Below are positions 18,235-27,407 of a DNA stretch of 64,000 nt, piece by piece (within the stretch, counting starts at the first letter, position 1; the number at the start of each line of letters is the position of its first letter). The position numbers were made by a program, and so were the translations under genes. The DNA lies in the IMG/VR virus record IMGVR_UViG_3300042462_000689. One strand, written 5' to 3'. Source of the DNA: a virus. The notes under the pieces were generated by a model. That model was not told where the DNA came from and ran no database searches. It was given only the letters and a program-made list of their open reading frames with translations.

Positions 18235-19385
18235 ACACACAAGAACTCATAGACTCTGCGTTAATCTCAATGGATCTCGCGGCGGTGTCGCAGCTCGCAC
18301 TGCCTGAATCCTGCGGCATTTACGCAATTTTCTGTAAACCGAATGGTAAGCTATATCTAGGGAGCGCAGCGGGTAAGCGCGGATTGCGTGATCGCTTCCG
18401 TAAGCATCGTAGCGCTCTGATTCTCGGGAAACACCACACCCCTTATTTGCAGGCAGCGTTTGTAAAACACGGGATTCAGGCATTTTCTTTTCACGTAATC
18501 GAGCTGACCTGCAAGGATGAGACAGTAGCCAGGGAGCAAATGTATTTGGATAAATTCAAATCCTACGATCGTGCGGTGGGATTTAACACTAATCCGAAAG
18601 CGCAGTCTCGTCTTGGGGCTGTGCACTCGGAGGCTACCAGATCGAAGATATCCGCGGTCTTACGCGCCCTACCATCGGATGTGAAAGCGCGCATCAAGGC
18701 ATCGAAACCACCATGCACGGAATCTGCAAAGCTGAGATACAAGGAATTGTACTCAAAAGATTTTGCCTTGGAAAAAGATGGCGTTGTTTACAGTGGTAAA
18801 AACGTAACGCAGTTTTGTCGCGAGCACGGACTCGATCGTGCGGGGCTTGGGCGTGTGCTTAACGGGCAATGGCATTCATGCAAAGGCTGGCATCGCGTTG
18901 GCGAAGCTCCCGAGTGGGAGCGATTCAAGAAGGAACGACAGGAATTGGACGATTACAGGGTCACACATCCGCTACGCCCTAAAAAACACGGGCGAGGTCT
19001 GCGTCCCAAAGTGACGCAACGACGAAAACCCAATTCACCATTCAGGCTTCTATTTGAAGGGAACATTTATGAAGGAACAAATGTGTGCGCTTTTGCACGT
19101 AATCACGGATTGCAGCCCGGACGATTAAATGAGGTGGTGCTCGGCAACAGCAACGTCCATAAAGGGTGGACCCTTCCGGAGAATCCGGTGCCGACATACA
19201 TTCTCATCGACCCTACCGGAAGCGAACATGTGGTGTGTGGTGTCACTAAGTTTGCGAAAGCACATCAATTACACATTCAATCGGTGTGGCAACTTTGTGT
19301 GGGGTACTCAAAACAGTACAAAGGCTGGCGTCTTGCCCCCGAGATCAATTCCGAAGCAAAAGCACAGCTGACCGGTCGTTTTTGA
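18231..19385 (+). mobile_element. free-standing GIY-YIG homing endonuclease with repeated C-terminal DNA-binding modules
   Basis: CGIYAI...KLYLGS...RF.KH; three 'NV..F.R.HGL....L..V..G.....KGW'-like repeats; TTG start overlapping the rpoC TGA; visibly more AT-rich than flanks. Confidence 0.85.
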
Positions 19386-19392
19386 TCTGCAA

Positions 19393-19695
19393 ATGATCCT
19401 TGCCACCCCGTGGAACATTGGTCAGCCTGTCCCCATGCCTCGCATCTATCAAGCCGACGAAATCTTGCAGGATCCCAAGCCGAAGCTCATGGCCCTCATC
19501 GCGAAACTCAAACCGGGGCAGTCATACGTCCTGCTGGAGCTGGCTGAGGAACTCGGCATCTCGCATGACACGATGAAGCGGATCACGCCGAAGGAGAACA
19601 GGCGCATCGCGCGTGTCGCCGGATATCATAAACCCGTCATTCTAATCACATGTCCAGACGCATCCACACCCCAACCCCGCACGAAGAAGAAATAA
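19393..19695 (+). CDS. small HTH-like protein
   Basis: LLELAEELGISHDTMKR helix-turn-helix-like segment; 100 aa. Confidence 0.55.
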   Translation: MILATPWNIGQPVPMPRIYQADEILQDPKPKLMALIAKLKPGQSYVLLELAEELGISHDTMKRITPKENRRIARVAGYHKPVILITCPDASTPQPRTKKK

Positions 19696-20696
19696 TCCGG
19701 TTGGAGCAGCAGCTCCGGGGGAACAAGGTGCAAATTGCGGATTTGCGCAAAAGCGTGGCGCGGGCACGCACCGAGGCGGATTTGTGGCAGGAGAAATACG
19801 ATGAGGCGCTGGCCATCATGGAACCTCAGAACATCCAGCCACTGCTAGCGTCCTCGTCCCAGCAGGAGGAGCGCCGCGGTGTGTCCCTCGTCGGCCTGAG
19901 CGACTGGCATGTGGCAGAGAAAATCGACAAGGCCAAGGTGCGCGGCCTCAACAGCTACTCGCCGGCCATTTGCCGCAAACGCGCAGTGCATTGCATGGAG
20001 AGCATTATCCGCCTGCAGCGTCATACCGTGAAGAGCTACGACGCCTCCACGATGGTGCTGTGGCTGGGTGGGGATTTCGTCACTGGGTATTTGCATCCTG
20101 AATTGGAGCAGACGAACTTCATGGGCCCGGTGGAGGAATCGTTGTTCGCTGTGGAACTGCTCACGCAATGCATCGGGATGCTGGCCCAGGAGAAGAGCAT
20201 CAAGAAATTGCACATCGTCTGCCAGCGGGGCAATCACGGAAGGACGACGAAAAAGATGCAATTCAAAAACGATTTCGAAACCTCACACGAGACCATGGTG
20301 TATGCCGCACTCGCCGGCTCCATCAAGGCGGATCACATTCAATGGGAGATCCCCAAGGCAGATGTGCATTACGTGGATTTGCTGAAGGACTGGCGGTTGC
20401 GCTGCTTCCACGGGCATCAGGTCAAATACAACGATGGCGTGGGTGGTGTCTCGATCTCGCTCAACAAATGGGAGGCCAAGCAAGACCAGACCCGGAAGGC
20501 CCATCACAACATCATGGGGCACTTCCATCAGTACTCGGAGCCAAACACCCGGACGACGATGAACGGATCGCTCAAAGGATGGGATGAGTACGCCGCGAGC
20601 TTCGGCTTCCCTTACCAGGAGCCGCTGCAGACATTCCTCCTGCTCGACGCATCCAGGCGGATGGTGGCGCAGCGCATGCCGGTCTTCTGCGCGTGA
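19650..20696 (+). CDS. calcineurin-like metallophosphoesterase with N-terminal coiled coil
   Basis: Motifs LSDWH, LGGDF, RGNHGR, FHGH, MGHFH. Confidence 0.85.
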   Translation: MSRRIHTPTPHEEEIIRLEQQLRGNKVQIADLRKSVARARTEADLWQEKYDEALAIMEPQNIQPLLASSSQQEERRGVSLVGLSDWHVAEKIDKAKVRGLNSYSPAICRKRAVHCMESIIRLQRHTVKSYDASTMVLWLGGDFVTGYLHPELEQTNFMGPVEESLFAVELLTQCIGMLAQEKSIKKLHIVCQRGNHGRTTKKMQFKNDFETSHETMVYAALAGSIKADHIQWEIPKADVHYVDLLKDWRLRCFHGHQVKYNDGVGGVSISLNKWEAKQDQTRKAHHNIMGHFHQYSEPNTRTTMNGSLKGWDEYAASFGFPYQEPLQTFLLLDASRRMVAQRMPVFCA

Positions 20697-20866
20697 AAAT
20701 CATCCAGGCCATTTTCGGCGAGCCGCGCCTTTTCAATTTCATCATCATGGCGCTGTATTGCATGGCCGCCATCTGGTGGGCCCTTCACCGAAAATGGGCG
20801 GATGCCTGCTACTGGCTCTCCGCACTGGCGATCACTGCGACTGTGACTTTCGGATACAAGCGCTGA
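20693..20866 (+). CDS. small membrane protein (57 aa, not in ORF track)
   Basis: GTG start overlapping the upstream TGA; two hydrophobic stretches. Confidence 0.5.
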   Translation: MKIIQAIFGEPRLFNFIIMALYCMAAIWWALHRKWADACYWLSALAITATVTFGYKR

Positions 20867-20868
20867 CC

Positions 20869-20967
20869 ATGCACCGCCCCCTTGTCCTGCGTATCGTGCT
20901 CGCCATATGCGCCTGCATCATCCTGCCTTTGCTCGCCCTGCTCAACCGCAACAAGCCGACCCCATGA
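20869..20967 (+). CDS. very small hydrophobic peptide (32 aa)
   Basis: MHRPLVLRIVLAICACIILPLLALLNRNKPTP; fills the gap and overlaps the next ATG (ATGA). Confidence 0.4.
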   Translation: MHRPLVLRIVLAICACIILPLLALLNRNKPTP

Positions 20968-21341
20968 AGCCCCGCACACTACACCCCCTCCCTTTCACAG
21001 TGCAGCCGCTGGACGTGTCTGATTTTGCCAAGCCCACCGAACTCTACCCGGAGACCGTCACGGAGGAGGCGCAGCGAATCACATCCGCCGATCGCAATGC
21101 CGCCTACGGACATCCCCTCGACAACCATCAATGCACCGCGGACCTGCTCACCGTATGGCTGCGTCGCAAATACGGGGCTGCGGTGCCGCAATTGACGGCC
21201 GAGGACATCTGCACTTTCAACATGATGCAGAAGCTCAGCCGGGAAGCCCACGCCCCCAAGCGGGACAACTTGGTGGACGTCTGTGGCTACGCCAGGAATG
21301 CCGAGATGATTGCGCAGCGCCGGGCACAGAAGGCGCTCTGA
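20964..21341 (+). CDS. DUF6378-like phage protein
   Basis: EA..I...DR...YG.P..N....A.....D.......K..R.....K.DN.VD..GYA pattern; start moved to ATG 20964. Confidence 0.7.
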   Translation: MKPRTLHPLPFTVQPLDVSDFAKPTELYPETVTEEAQRITSADRNAAYGHPLDNHQCTADLLTVWLRRKYGAAVPQLTAEDICTFNMMQKLSREAHAPKRDNLVDVCGYARNAEMIAQRRAQKAL

Positions 21342-21369
21342 CCGCAGATCGATTGTTTCTTTTGTCAGA

Positions 21370-21399
21370 TTGACGGGGGTGCGTGGCGTAGTGGATCAT
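21370..21399 (+). promoter_or_regulatory. sigma70-like promoter, leaderless geometry
   Basis: TTGACG(21370-21375)-N18-GATCAT(21394-21399)-N6-ATG(21406). Confidence 0.55.
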
Positions 21400-21405
21400 C
21401 CTCGC

Positions 21406-21654
21406 ATGACTCCCGAGCAGACCACGGCACTGGACAGGGCAATTGAACTCATCGGGGAGTTCTTCGACAACGCCGTCATCGTGGTCCAGCCGGACCCGCA
21501 GAAGCCAGATGCCGAGGTGCGCTACAGTGGATCCTGTCTGGCCGCCGCTTCGCTGTGCGACTACGGGGGCATGTTCTGCAACGGGGAGCTGGAGGCGGGC
21601 GATGAGGAGGAAGAATCTGATGACGGCGATGACTGGAAGAAAAAAAAGGCATGA
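21406..21654 (+). CDS. hypothetical protein with acidic/basic tail (82 aa)
   Basis: ATG 21406 in frame with the track ORF; ends EEEESDDGDDWKKKKA. Confidence 0.65.
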   Translation: MTPEQTTALDRAIELIGEFFDNAVIVVQPDPQKPDAEVRYSGSCLAAASLCDYGGMFCNGELEAGDEEEESDDGDDWKKKKA

Positions 21655-21666
21655 AAGGCGATCAGC

Positions 21667-21828
21667 ATGCGCCGCTTTTTTCCCGTTATTGACGATGAGG
21701 AATATGGGGAGTCCTGGCTGCTTGGGTCTGGTAGCGTGCGGGATGAGCCGGTCCATCGACGCAGGAAGTCCAAGCCAATCCGACAGGTAAAACGCAACCG
21801 TCGTTTTCGGCAATTGCAATTCATTTGA
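21667..21828 (+). CDS. small hypothetical protein (53 aa, not in ORF track)
   Basis: Manual translation MRRFFPVIDDEEYGESW...RRRKSKPIRQVKRNRRFRQLQFI*; fills an otherwise empty gap. Confidence 0.4.
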   Translation: MRRFFPVIDDEEYGESWLLGSGSVRDEPVHRRRKSKPIRQVKRNRRFRQLQFI

Positions 21829-21842
21829 ATCTCAGCCATCAT
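21814..21842 (+). promoter_or_regulatory. sigma70-like promoter
   Basis: TTGCAA(21814-21819)-N17-CATCAT(21837-21842), 11 nt before ATG 21854. Confidence 0.5.
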
Positions 21843-21853
21843 TCCACACACTC

Positions 21854-23584
21854 ATGAATCCTCGTCTTTTTGGTGCCTACCTTTCCACGATCAAATCTGC
21901 GGTCACTAGGACTACAAAACCAACCGCCGCGGAGGATGCCGCTGATACGGCTATGTTGGAGGAGAAGGCCAAAGCTTTCATGTCACAGCCGTCCGGATCC
22001 CCAGGTAAATCAGAGGCCGACAAAGTCATGGACAGCGTGAGTAAACAGAAAATGCCTGAAACACCGATGCCTGTGGGTGCAGCCGGACTGAACTCCATGG
22101 TGGGGCTGTTTGGTCCGGCAGCCCTTGGTGGTCTCGGGGGTGCACTGCCCGGCAATTCCGGAATGGTGCCCGGCACGTTACGCGGCATGACGGCGGGGGT
22201 GGGCGGCAATCTCGGCCACATGCTGGGAGCAGAAGCCTCCGAGGCCCTGGAACACGCGGGCATACAGAGCCCGGCATTGCGCTCCCTGCTGCCGATTCTC
22301 GGCTACGGAGGCGGTGCCTATGCGGGCTACCGCGCCGGCAAGGCGCTCACCAAAACGGACAAGGAAAAGGCGCAGGAGAAGAACGCAAATCTATTCTGGA
22401 AAAAGCTGAAGACCCCCGTTGGAATTAAGTCTCTCTGGGGTCCCTCCGATGGTGCATCCTCCGTGCGATTAGACGCCGAGCGCACAATGGAGCCCAGACT
22501 TCTGACTCGGTTATTCTCGTCTCCGAGAAAGGATTATGATCGTCTGCAGGCATGGATGAAAGATGAACTTGGTAATATGGATCCCGAAGATCGAGAACTT
22601 GGTTCTTCGCCAATGGGGCGTGGAGTTGTGGCCTCCCTTATGCTACCAGCCATGCATCCGGACCGATATAAACAAGAGGGCGACAGTCCTCTTGGTAATG
22701 AGGACATATTTGAAAACTCGATTTATCCAGCAGACAAGACGCGCACCAAAACGGACAAAAAGAAAACTGCCTCCAATTCCCAATTCGAAACCCTGAAGGC
22801 CCCCAAAGTCGACATCAGCGGTTTGAAGAATTGGAATCAACTGGACCCGACGGCCTACTCGGATGATTCCGGCAATAGCGGCTGGCATTTGAATATGCAG
22901 AAGTCGGCGGCGATGGAGAAGGATGCCCTCAGTTTGCTGGCAAAAGCGTTCCCGGCGGCACTGAGCTGGGGCGGCAAGGCCATTGCTAATAAAGTGCGCG
23001 CGATCCCTAAAATGCTTGGCAGCGCGGCGAAGTTCCTCGGAAAAGAAAATCCACAAGTTGCCGGCCTGGGGGCTGCTGCTCCTGCCGCTGCAGGCACATG
23101 GAGAAACCGCTTGTTCGACTGGGGCCGTAAAATTCGCGGCACTGCAACCAACGCCACCAACGCAGCCAATTCTGCATTCCAGACCAATCGCGTGGCACCA
23201 ATGATGCGCGCCTTCAACCAGCTTCCGCAATGGGGGCAGAAGACGCTGGGAGCGCTGGGTAGCGTCGGGCGTTTTGGTGGGAATGTGCTTGCGGGCGGGG
23301 CGGGTACCGGCAAAGGGTTGGGCGGAATGCTAGGTGCAGGTACCTCACTCTGGGGTGCGGGGAAGGCTGGTCATGGCATAGGGATGTATGACGGTGCGCA
23401 GCTCGGCGTGCAGGGTGCCGCCGGCTATGCCTCAAACATGCTCGACGATCTCGCCGGAAAGGCTGATGGTTCCATCATCGACCGCATCGGCATGGCCTAC
23501 AAAATGTCCGACCCGGAGTTCCTGCGCAATACGGCAAAGGAAATGCGCGATCCGAAATTCGTGAGCAAAATGATGGGTCGCTGA
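21854..23584 (+). CDS. NPRLFGA-tagged multi-module cargo protein 2 (glycine-zipper segments)
   Basis: Begins MNPRLFGAYLSTIKSA; internal EKNA, KKTAS, QKSAA; Gly-rich hydrophobic helices. Confidence 0.8.
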   Translation: MNPRLFGAYLSTIKSAVTRTTKPTAAEDAADTAMLEEKAKAFMSQPSGSPGKSEADKVMDSVSKQKMPETPMPVGAAGLNSMVGLFGPAALGGLGGALPGNSGMVPGTLRGMTAGVGGNLGHMLGAEASEALEHAGIQSPALRSLLPILGYGGGAYAGYRAGKALTKTDKEKAQEKNANLFWKKLKTPVGIKSLWGPSDGASSVRLDAERTMEPRLLTRLFSSPRKDYDRLQAWMKDELGNMDPEDRELGSSPMGRGVVASLMLPAMHPDRYKQEGDSPLGNEDIFENSIYPADKTRTKTDKKKTASNSQFETLKAPKVDISGLKNWNQLDPTAYSDDSGNSGWHLNMQKSAAMEKDALSLLAKAFPAALSWGGKAIANKVRAIPKMLGSAAKFLGKENPQVAGLGAAAPAAAGTWRNRLFDWGRKIRGTATNATNAANSAFQTNRVAPMMRAFNQLPQWGQKTLGALGSVGRFGGNVLAGGAGTGKGLGGMLGAGTSLWGAGKAGHGIGMYDGAQLGVQGAAGYASNMLDDLAGKADGSIIDRIGMAYKMSDPEFLRNTAKEMRDPKFVSKMMGR

Positions 23585-23613
23585 TTGCCAACGACACACA
23601 ATTCCAATAGAGT
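23585..23613 (+). promoter_or_regulatory. sigma70-like promoter
   Basis: TTGCCA(23585-23590)-N17-TAGAGT(23608-23613), 13 nt before ATG 23627. Confidence 0.6.
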
Positions 23614-23626
23614 CAACGAATACCAA

Positions 23627-26600
23627 ATGAAGACACCCACTTTGCAGGACCCGTCCGTTCAATACGACTGGGAGAAGCATGCCAGCGCAGTTCTCTCCAC
23701 TCCAGAGATCGAAAGAGCGTTCGGCGATCAGGCGTACAGCCGCTGCGCCCAGCGCGCCCAAAAGCTGATGCAGCCGCCGTATTTCCTCGGCTTCGAGATG
23801 ATCTACGCCAATGAGGACAAGACGCGCCTTGTGGGCATCTTCGCCTTCCGCATCAACAAGGATCTCATTTACATTCCGAGCTTCTTCCTCAATGGACAGG
23901 TCAAAGGCCAGGAGCTGCTCTACCAGGTGAAGCAGAAGAAGATGAAGCCGTGCACGGAGGAATGGATTTCCTATTTGATGGAGAAGGCCATCTCCGAGCC
24001 CGGCACGGGCATCGCCCGCACCCGACTCGACCGCCTCAATACCGGCACGGATTTGAAACCGCTCATCATGCCGATGCGCAACAAGATTGCCTCCAGCATG
24101 GGCAATTCCGAATTCATCAAGATGGCGCGCGAAGAGCATGGCGAAGATGCCGGACAATTCGTGGAGGATGCATTTACGCGGGCTCTGGCATTTGAGGATA
24201 TGCGGGAGAAGCGAGCTAAGTTTGGCGACCTTACAACGCAGCTGGGCAAGTCGCCCACCGTGCCGGAAGTTACCGCTGATCCCTCGCCTATTCCCGCAGT
24301 TGGCGATTCGACGTTGCCTCCGACTCCCGCCTCGCAAGCAACCAGCAGCGCGAATTTGCCCCAGTCCCCTGCGACACCCGCACCCGGTGCTTCGACGTTG
24401 CCTCCGCCTCCCATCACGCCAGCAGCACCCAGCACCCCGTCCTCCTCTGGCTTCGCACCCCTCGACGCTAAGGTGAATTATATGGCGGAGCCGACTCAGT
24501 TCTACGGGGGTGGCAATGGACGGTTCGGGCACCCCACGCAAGAGCGCGGGAATAACCAGCCCGCCTCTGACTTCGCACCCCTCGACTCTGCAGCCGCGAA
24601 TGCACGGGCCTTCTCTCTTCCGGTGGAACCAGCGGTCAACGCTGAGGTGGAGAATGAAGCCTCAGCAGATCCGGCTCCCGCCCCTCCCCAAGAACCCACG
24701 CCCAGCTACCTACAGCAGTCGCCTGTTTCGGCAAGGCCGCCCCAGCCCGGAGAACATGCACCATCGCTTCCATTCAATCCGAACCAGGTGTCGGACGCAG
24801 ACAAGGCGCGCTTTTACGCAGCCACCAAATCCACATTCAACGCCCGTTCTCCCGGCGACGTGGCCAGCATGCAAAAGATGCTGGCAGGATCCGGTCCGGG
24901 GCATTCCCGGCTGGATAGCATGAACACCTACACCCCGGCACAATACCGGGCTAGCCTCAAGAAGACACCGAATACGGTGTCCAAAGCGCCGATGGCTCAA
25001 AGGCCTATGGTCGGTAGTGGCGGTGGCGGTGGTCCGCGCAGTCCGCGCGCCTATGGTAAAACATCACGCCTACCGGTCACCAAATTGTCCGCCGGCTTCA
25101 TCCCGCGCATGGAAAAGGAAGCCTCCGACTGGTGGACCTCCTACGTGGGCGAGATGCTTCCGGTGGACACCACCAACCCTTTCAAATCCGCCGGTGCCCT
25201 GAGGGAATACCTCGTCACCGACGGCAAGCGTCCTGCGTGTCTCGCCATTCATGGCGCGCTGACCAAATCGGCCGCCTTTGCTGAAGCGCTGATGACCGCC
25301 ACCAATGGCGACATGGAGCAATTCCTCCCCGCGGAGGCCCTGGAGATCACGCAGGTAAAAAAAGCCGCCTACGTCCCGCAGCTCGTCATGCATTTCGGTG
25401 GCGTGAAGAATGCCAGCGTCACCCCTGCGCTTTACGCCCAGACGGTGAAGCATGGCTTCTCCATGACCGATGTGCGCCCCTCCGATGAATTGACGGCTGT
25501 ATATGAAGACGCCCACCACTCCATGGAGTCGGTGACGGGCAATGGCGTTTACGAGATGCCCTCAATGGACGGCAAGAACGGCAAGGTCATTGCGGCCACG
25601 CCTGTGGAATTGTGCGGCGTTGGTAATACGCGGTCTTCGATCTTCAATTGCCACCCTGGCTCGTCGACGCAAAGCCTCGCCTTCATCTTCACCTCCCCGG
25701 TGAATACGATGAAGCGGGTCGAGGTCGGCGCATATGTGGGCAAGGTGATTCCGGAAGAACAGGCCGGCGTCAGCAGCGTGGGCGTGGAGAGCCCGACCGC
25801 CGGCAAGGCCTACGTCATTTACAATCCCAAGTCCGGCAATTGCGCGGACACGGCAGTGTTCATCTCGGGAGTCATCAAGAATCCGTCGGGCACCAAGACG
25901 CTGATTTGCAACAGCGTCGATACCTACAACATCTCCGGCTACGGCGAGATGGAATTGCTCCTGAATCCCGATGCCCCCAAATGCGACTGGCAGCATGGCA
26001 TCCTCAATAGAGAGGTCCGCTTCATCGAAATGGATTTGGAGGAGCTCCCCGAGAACGCCAATCATCGCGCGGCAGCCGGCGGAGGTTCCTCGCTGGGCAC
26101 TGTGGAGATCCCCTGCAAGCGCCTCGTCGCCGCGCCTTCCCTCATGCCGCAAAAAGTGGTGTGGGATTCGCTGCTGTATGGGAAACTCTTCAAGGGGCAA
26201 ATCTCCATGCTCGATGAGAGCGGAAAGATCTCCCTCAATTTCGGCGGCCGGAAATACGCCACCACGCACACCAAGGCTGCAGCCGTTGCCTTCCTCGCCG
26301 GTGGCTGCCATATCGCCGCGGATGCCGCGATGGAGCTGGTCGGTAATGTCGCATCGGGCAAGTCGGTCTCGTTCATCATGCAGCCGCAGGAGAAGCATGC
26401 AATGGCCGTCACGCGCCTGATTGATCGTCCACGCTTCACGGAAGGCTACGATAGCCAGGTGATGGCGCGCGAGCAGGAGCCACAGAGCTTCGAGCTAGGC
26501 ACCCGCACGGACGCGCCACCAATTCGCAGCATCAGTATCAACGAGGTGCACGACCCGTCCATGGGCGGCTCCATGAATTCCGATCGCCACGAAATCAAAG

Positions 26601-26962
26601 ATCATGTCGGCATGGAAGACATGCTGACCAAGGACCCAATGCAATTGGCGGACATCCAGAAGTCTCAGAACCTGCCCAATGTATTTGAGCACAAGCTCAT
26701 CGGCTCGCTCATCAAGACGTTCGACGCCGCGGCCAGCATGGAGCGCTACATTCCCAAGATGGAGGAGGGCCTCGATGCTATCGGGCGTTCGCTGTTCCTG
26801 TTCTTCTGGAAGCCGGCTGACTTTGAAAAGGCATACGGCCAGGACGATACGCCTGATATCGAGCAGGAATTGATTTCCAACTTCAAATCCTTTGGCGACA
26901 TGGTGCTCAATCTGATGCGCAAATCGCCGAACGCGGATCAGGGCTCGGCCCCGATGGCGTAA
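23627..26962 (+). CDS. large head-module protein with K-x-A motifs and a Pro/Ser-rich central insert
   Basis: ATG 23627 preferred over TTG 23585 (which is the -35 box); EKHAS, NKIAS, EKEAS, TKSAA, KKAAY motifs. Confidence 0.8.
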   Translation: MKTPTLQDPSVQYDWEKHASAVLSTPEIERAFGDQAYSRCAQRAQKLMQPPYFLGFEMIYANEDKTRLVGIFAFRINKDLIYIPSFFLNGQVKGQELLYQVKQKKMKPCTEEWISYLMEKAISEPGTGIARTRLDRLNTGTDLKPLIMPMRNKIASSMGNSEFIKMAREEHGEDAGQFVEDAFTRALAFEDMREKRAKFGDLTTQLGKSPTVPEVTADPSPIPAVGDSTLPPTPASQATSSANLPQSPATPAPGASTLPPPPITPAAPSTPSSSGFAPLDAKVNYMAEPTQFYGGGNGRFGHPTQERGNNQPASDFAPLDSAAANARAFSLPVEPAVNAEVENEASADPAPAPPQEPTPSYLQQSPVSARPPQPGEHAPSLPFNPNQVSDADKARFYAATKSTFNARSPGDVASMQKMLAGSGPGHSRLDSMNTYTPAQYRASLKKTPNTVSKAPMAQRPMVGSGGGGGPRSPRAYGKTSRLPVTKLSAGFIPRMEKEASDWWTSYVGEMLPVDTTNPFKSAGALREYLVTDGKRPACLAIHGALTKSAAFAEALMTATNGDMEQFLPAEALEITQVKKAAYVPQLVMHFGGVKNASVTPALYAQTVKHGFSMTDVRPSDELTAVYEDAHHSMESVTGNGVYEMPSMDGKNGKVIAATPVELCGVGNTRSSIFNCHPGSSTQSLAFIFTSPVNTMKRVEVGAYVGKVIPEEQAGVSSVGVESPTAGKAYVIYNPKSGNCADTAVFISGVIKNPSGTKTLICNSVDTYNISGYGEMELLLNPDAPKCDWQHGILNREVRFIEMDLEELPENANHRAAAGGGSSLGTVEIPCKRLVAAPSLMPQKVVWDSLLYGKLFKGQISMLDESGKISLNFGGRKYATTHTKAAAVAFLAGGCHIAADAAMELVGNVASGKSVSFIMQPQEKHAMAVTRLIDRPRFTEGYDSQVMAREQEPQSFELGTRTDAPPIRSISINEVHDPSMGGSMNSDRHEIKDHVGMEDMLTKDPMQLADIQKSQNLPNVFEHKLIGSLIKTFDAAASMERYIPKMEEGLDAIGRSLFLFFWKPADFEKAYGQDDTPDIEQELISNFKSFGDMVLNLMRKSPNADQGSAPMA

Positions 26963-27036
26963 CATTTGCGCTGGACGCGCGGTGTGGGGTGTTGAATGCT
27001 GGTTCTCATATGGAACCCAGACCTGAACGCACAAAG

Positions 27037-27081
27037 GGAAATGTCGGTGACGCTGTTGTCGTCGCAGTCACTGCCATTTTC
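27037..27081 (+). terminator. long imperfect hairpin, terminator-like
   Basis: GGAAATGTCGGTGAC(27037-27051)/GTCACTGCCATTTTC(27067-27081) with G-U pairs, then a pyrimidine-rich tract. Confidence 0.4.
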
Positions 27082-27134
27082 TTCGGCTGTTTCCTTCGGC
27101 TGGGGTGGTATATCGTCGAATTGGCTATCGCCCA

Positions 27135-27407
27135 ATGAAGTCCCCCACACCCACAATCGAAGACGCCCTCACCGAAATGGAAAGCGTAATGGACGAGATG
27201 CATACGCAATGCCTGCGCGATCAGCTCTGGCGTTGGGCGGCATTCCTGTTCGCACAGAAGCATCCGGAATCCCTGCGGGAAATCATTGTCGAGGTGGGTG
27301 GCTGCGTGAGCGAGCAATTGTCCGGCGCTGGCAGAGGCGCCATCAATGCGGCCCATATGCAGGATGCCCTGTCGGAATTCAAATCAGAGGCCTCGAATCT
27401 TTTATGA
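27135..27407 (+). CDS. hypothetical protein (90 aa)
   Basis: ATG 27135; ATGA overlap with the next gene. Confidence 0.6.
   Translation: MKSPTPTIEDALTEMESVMDEMHTQCLRDQLWRWAAFLFAQKHPESLREIIVEVGGCVSEQLSGAGRGAINAAHMQDALSEFKSEASNLL

Noticed and set aside
23585-23626. TTG start proposed by the ORF track for the 1125-aa ORF
   Set aside because: The TTG is part of a TTGCCA -35 box with a correctly spaced TAGAGT; ATG 23627 is the better start.
26996-27403. N-terminal extension of ORF 26996-28345
   Set aside because: It spans a hairpin and overlaps a plausible gene in another frame (27135-27407); ATG 27404 has an ATGA coupling.
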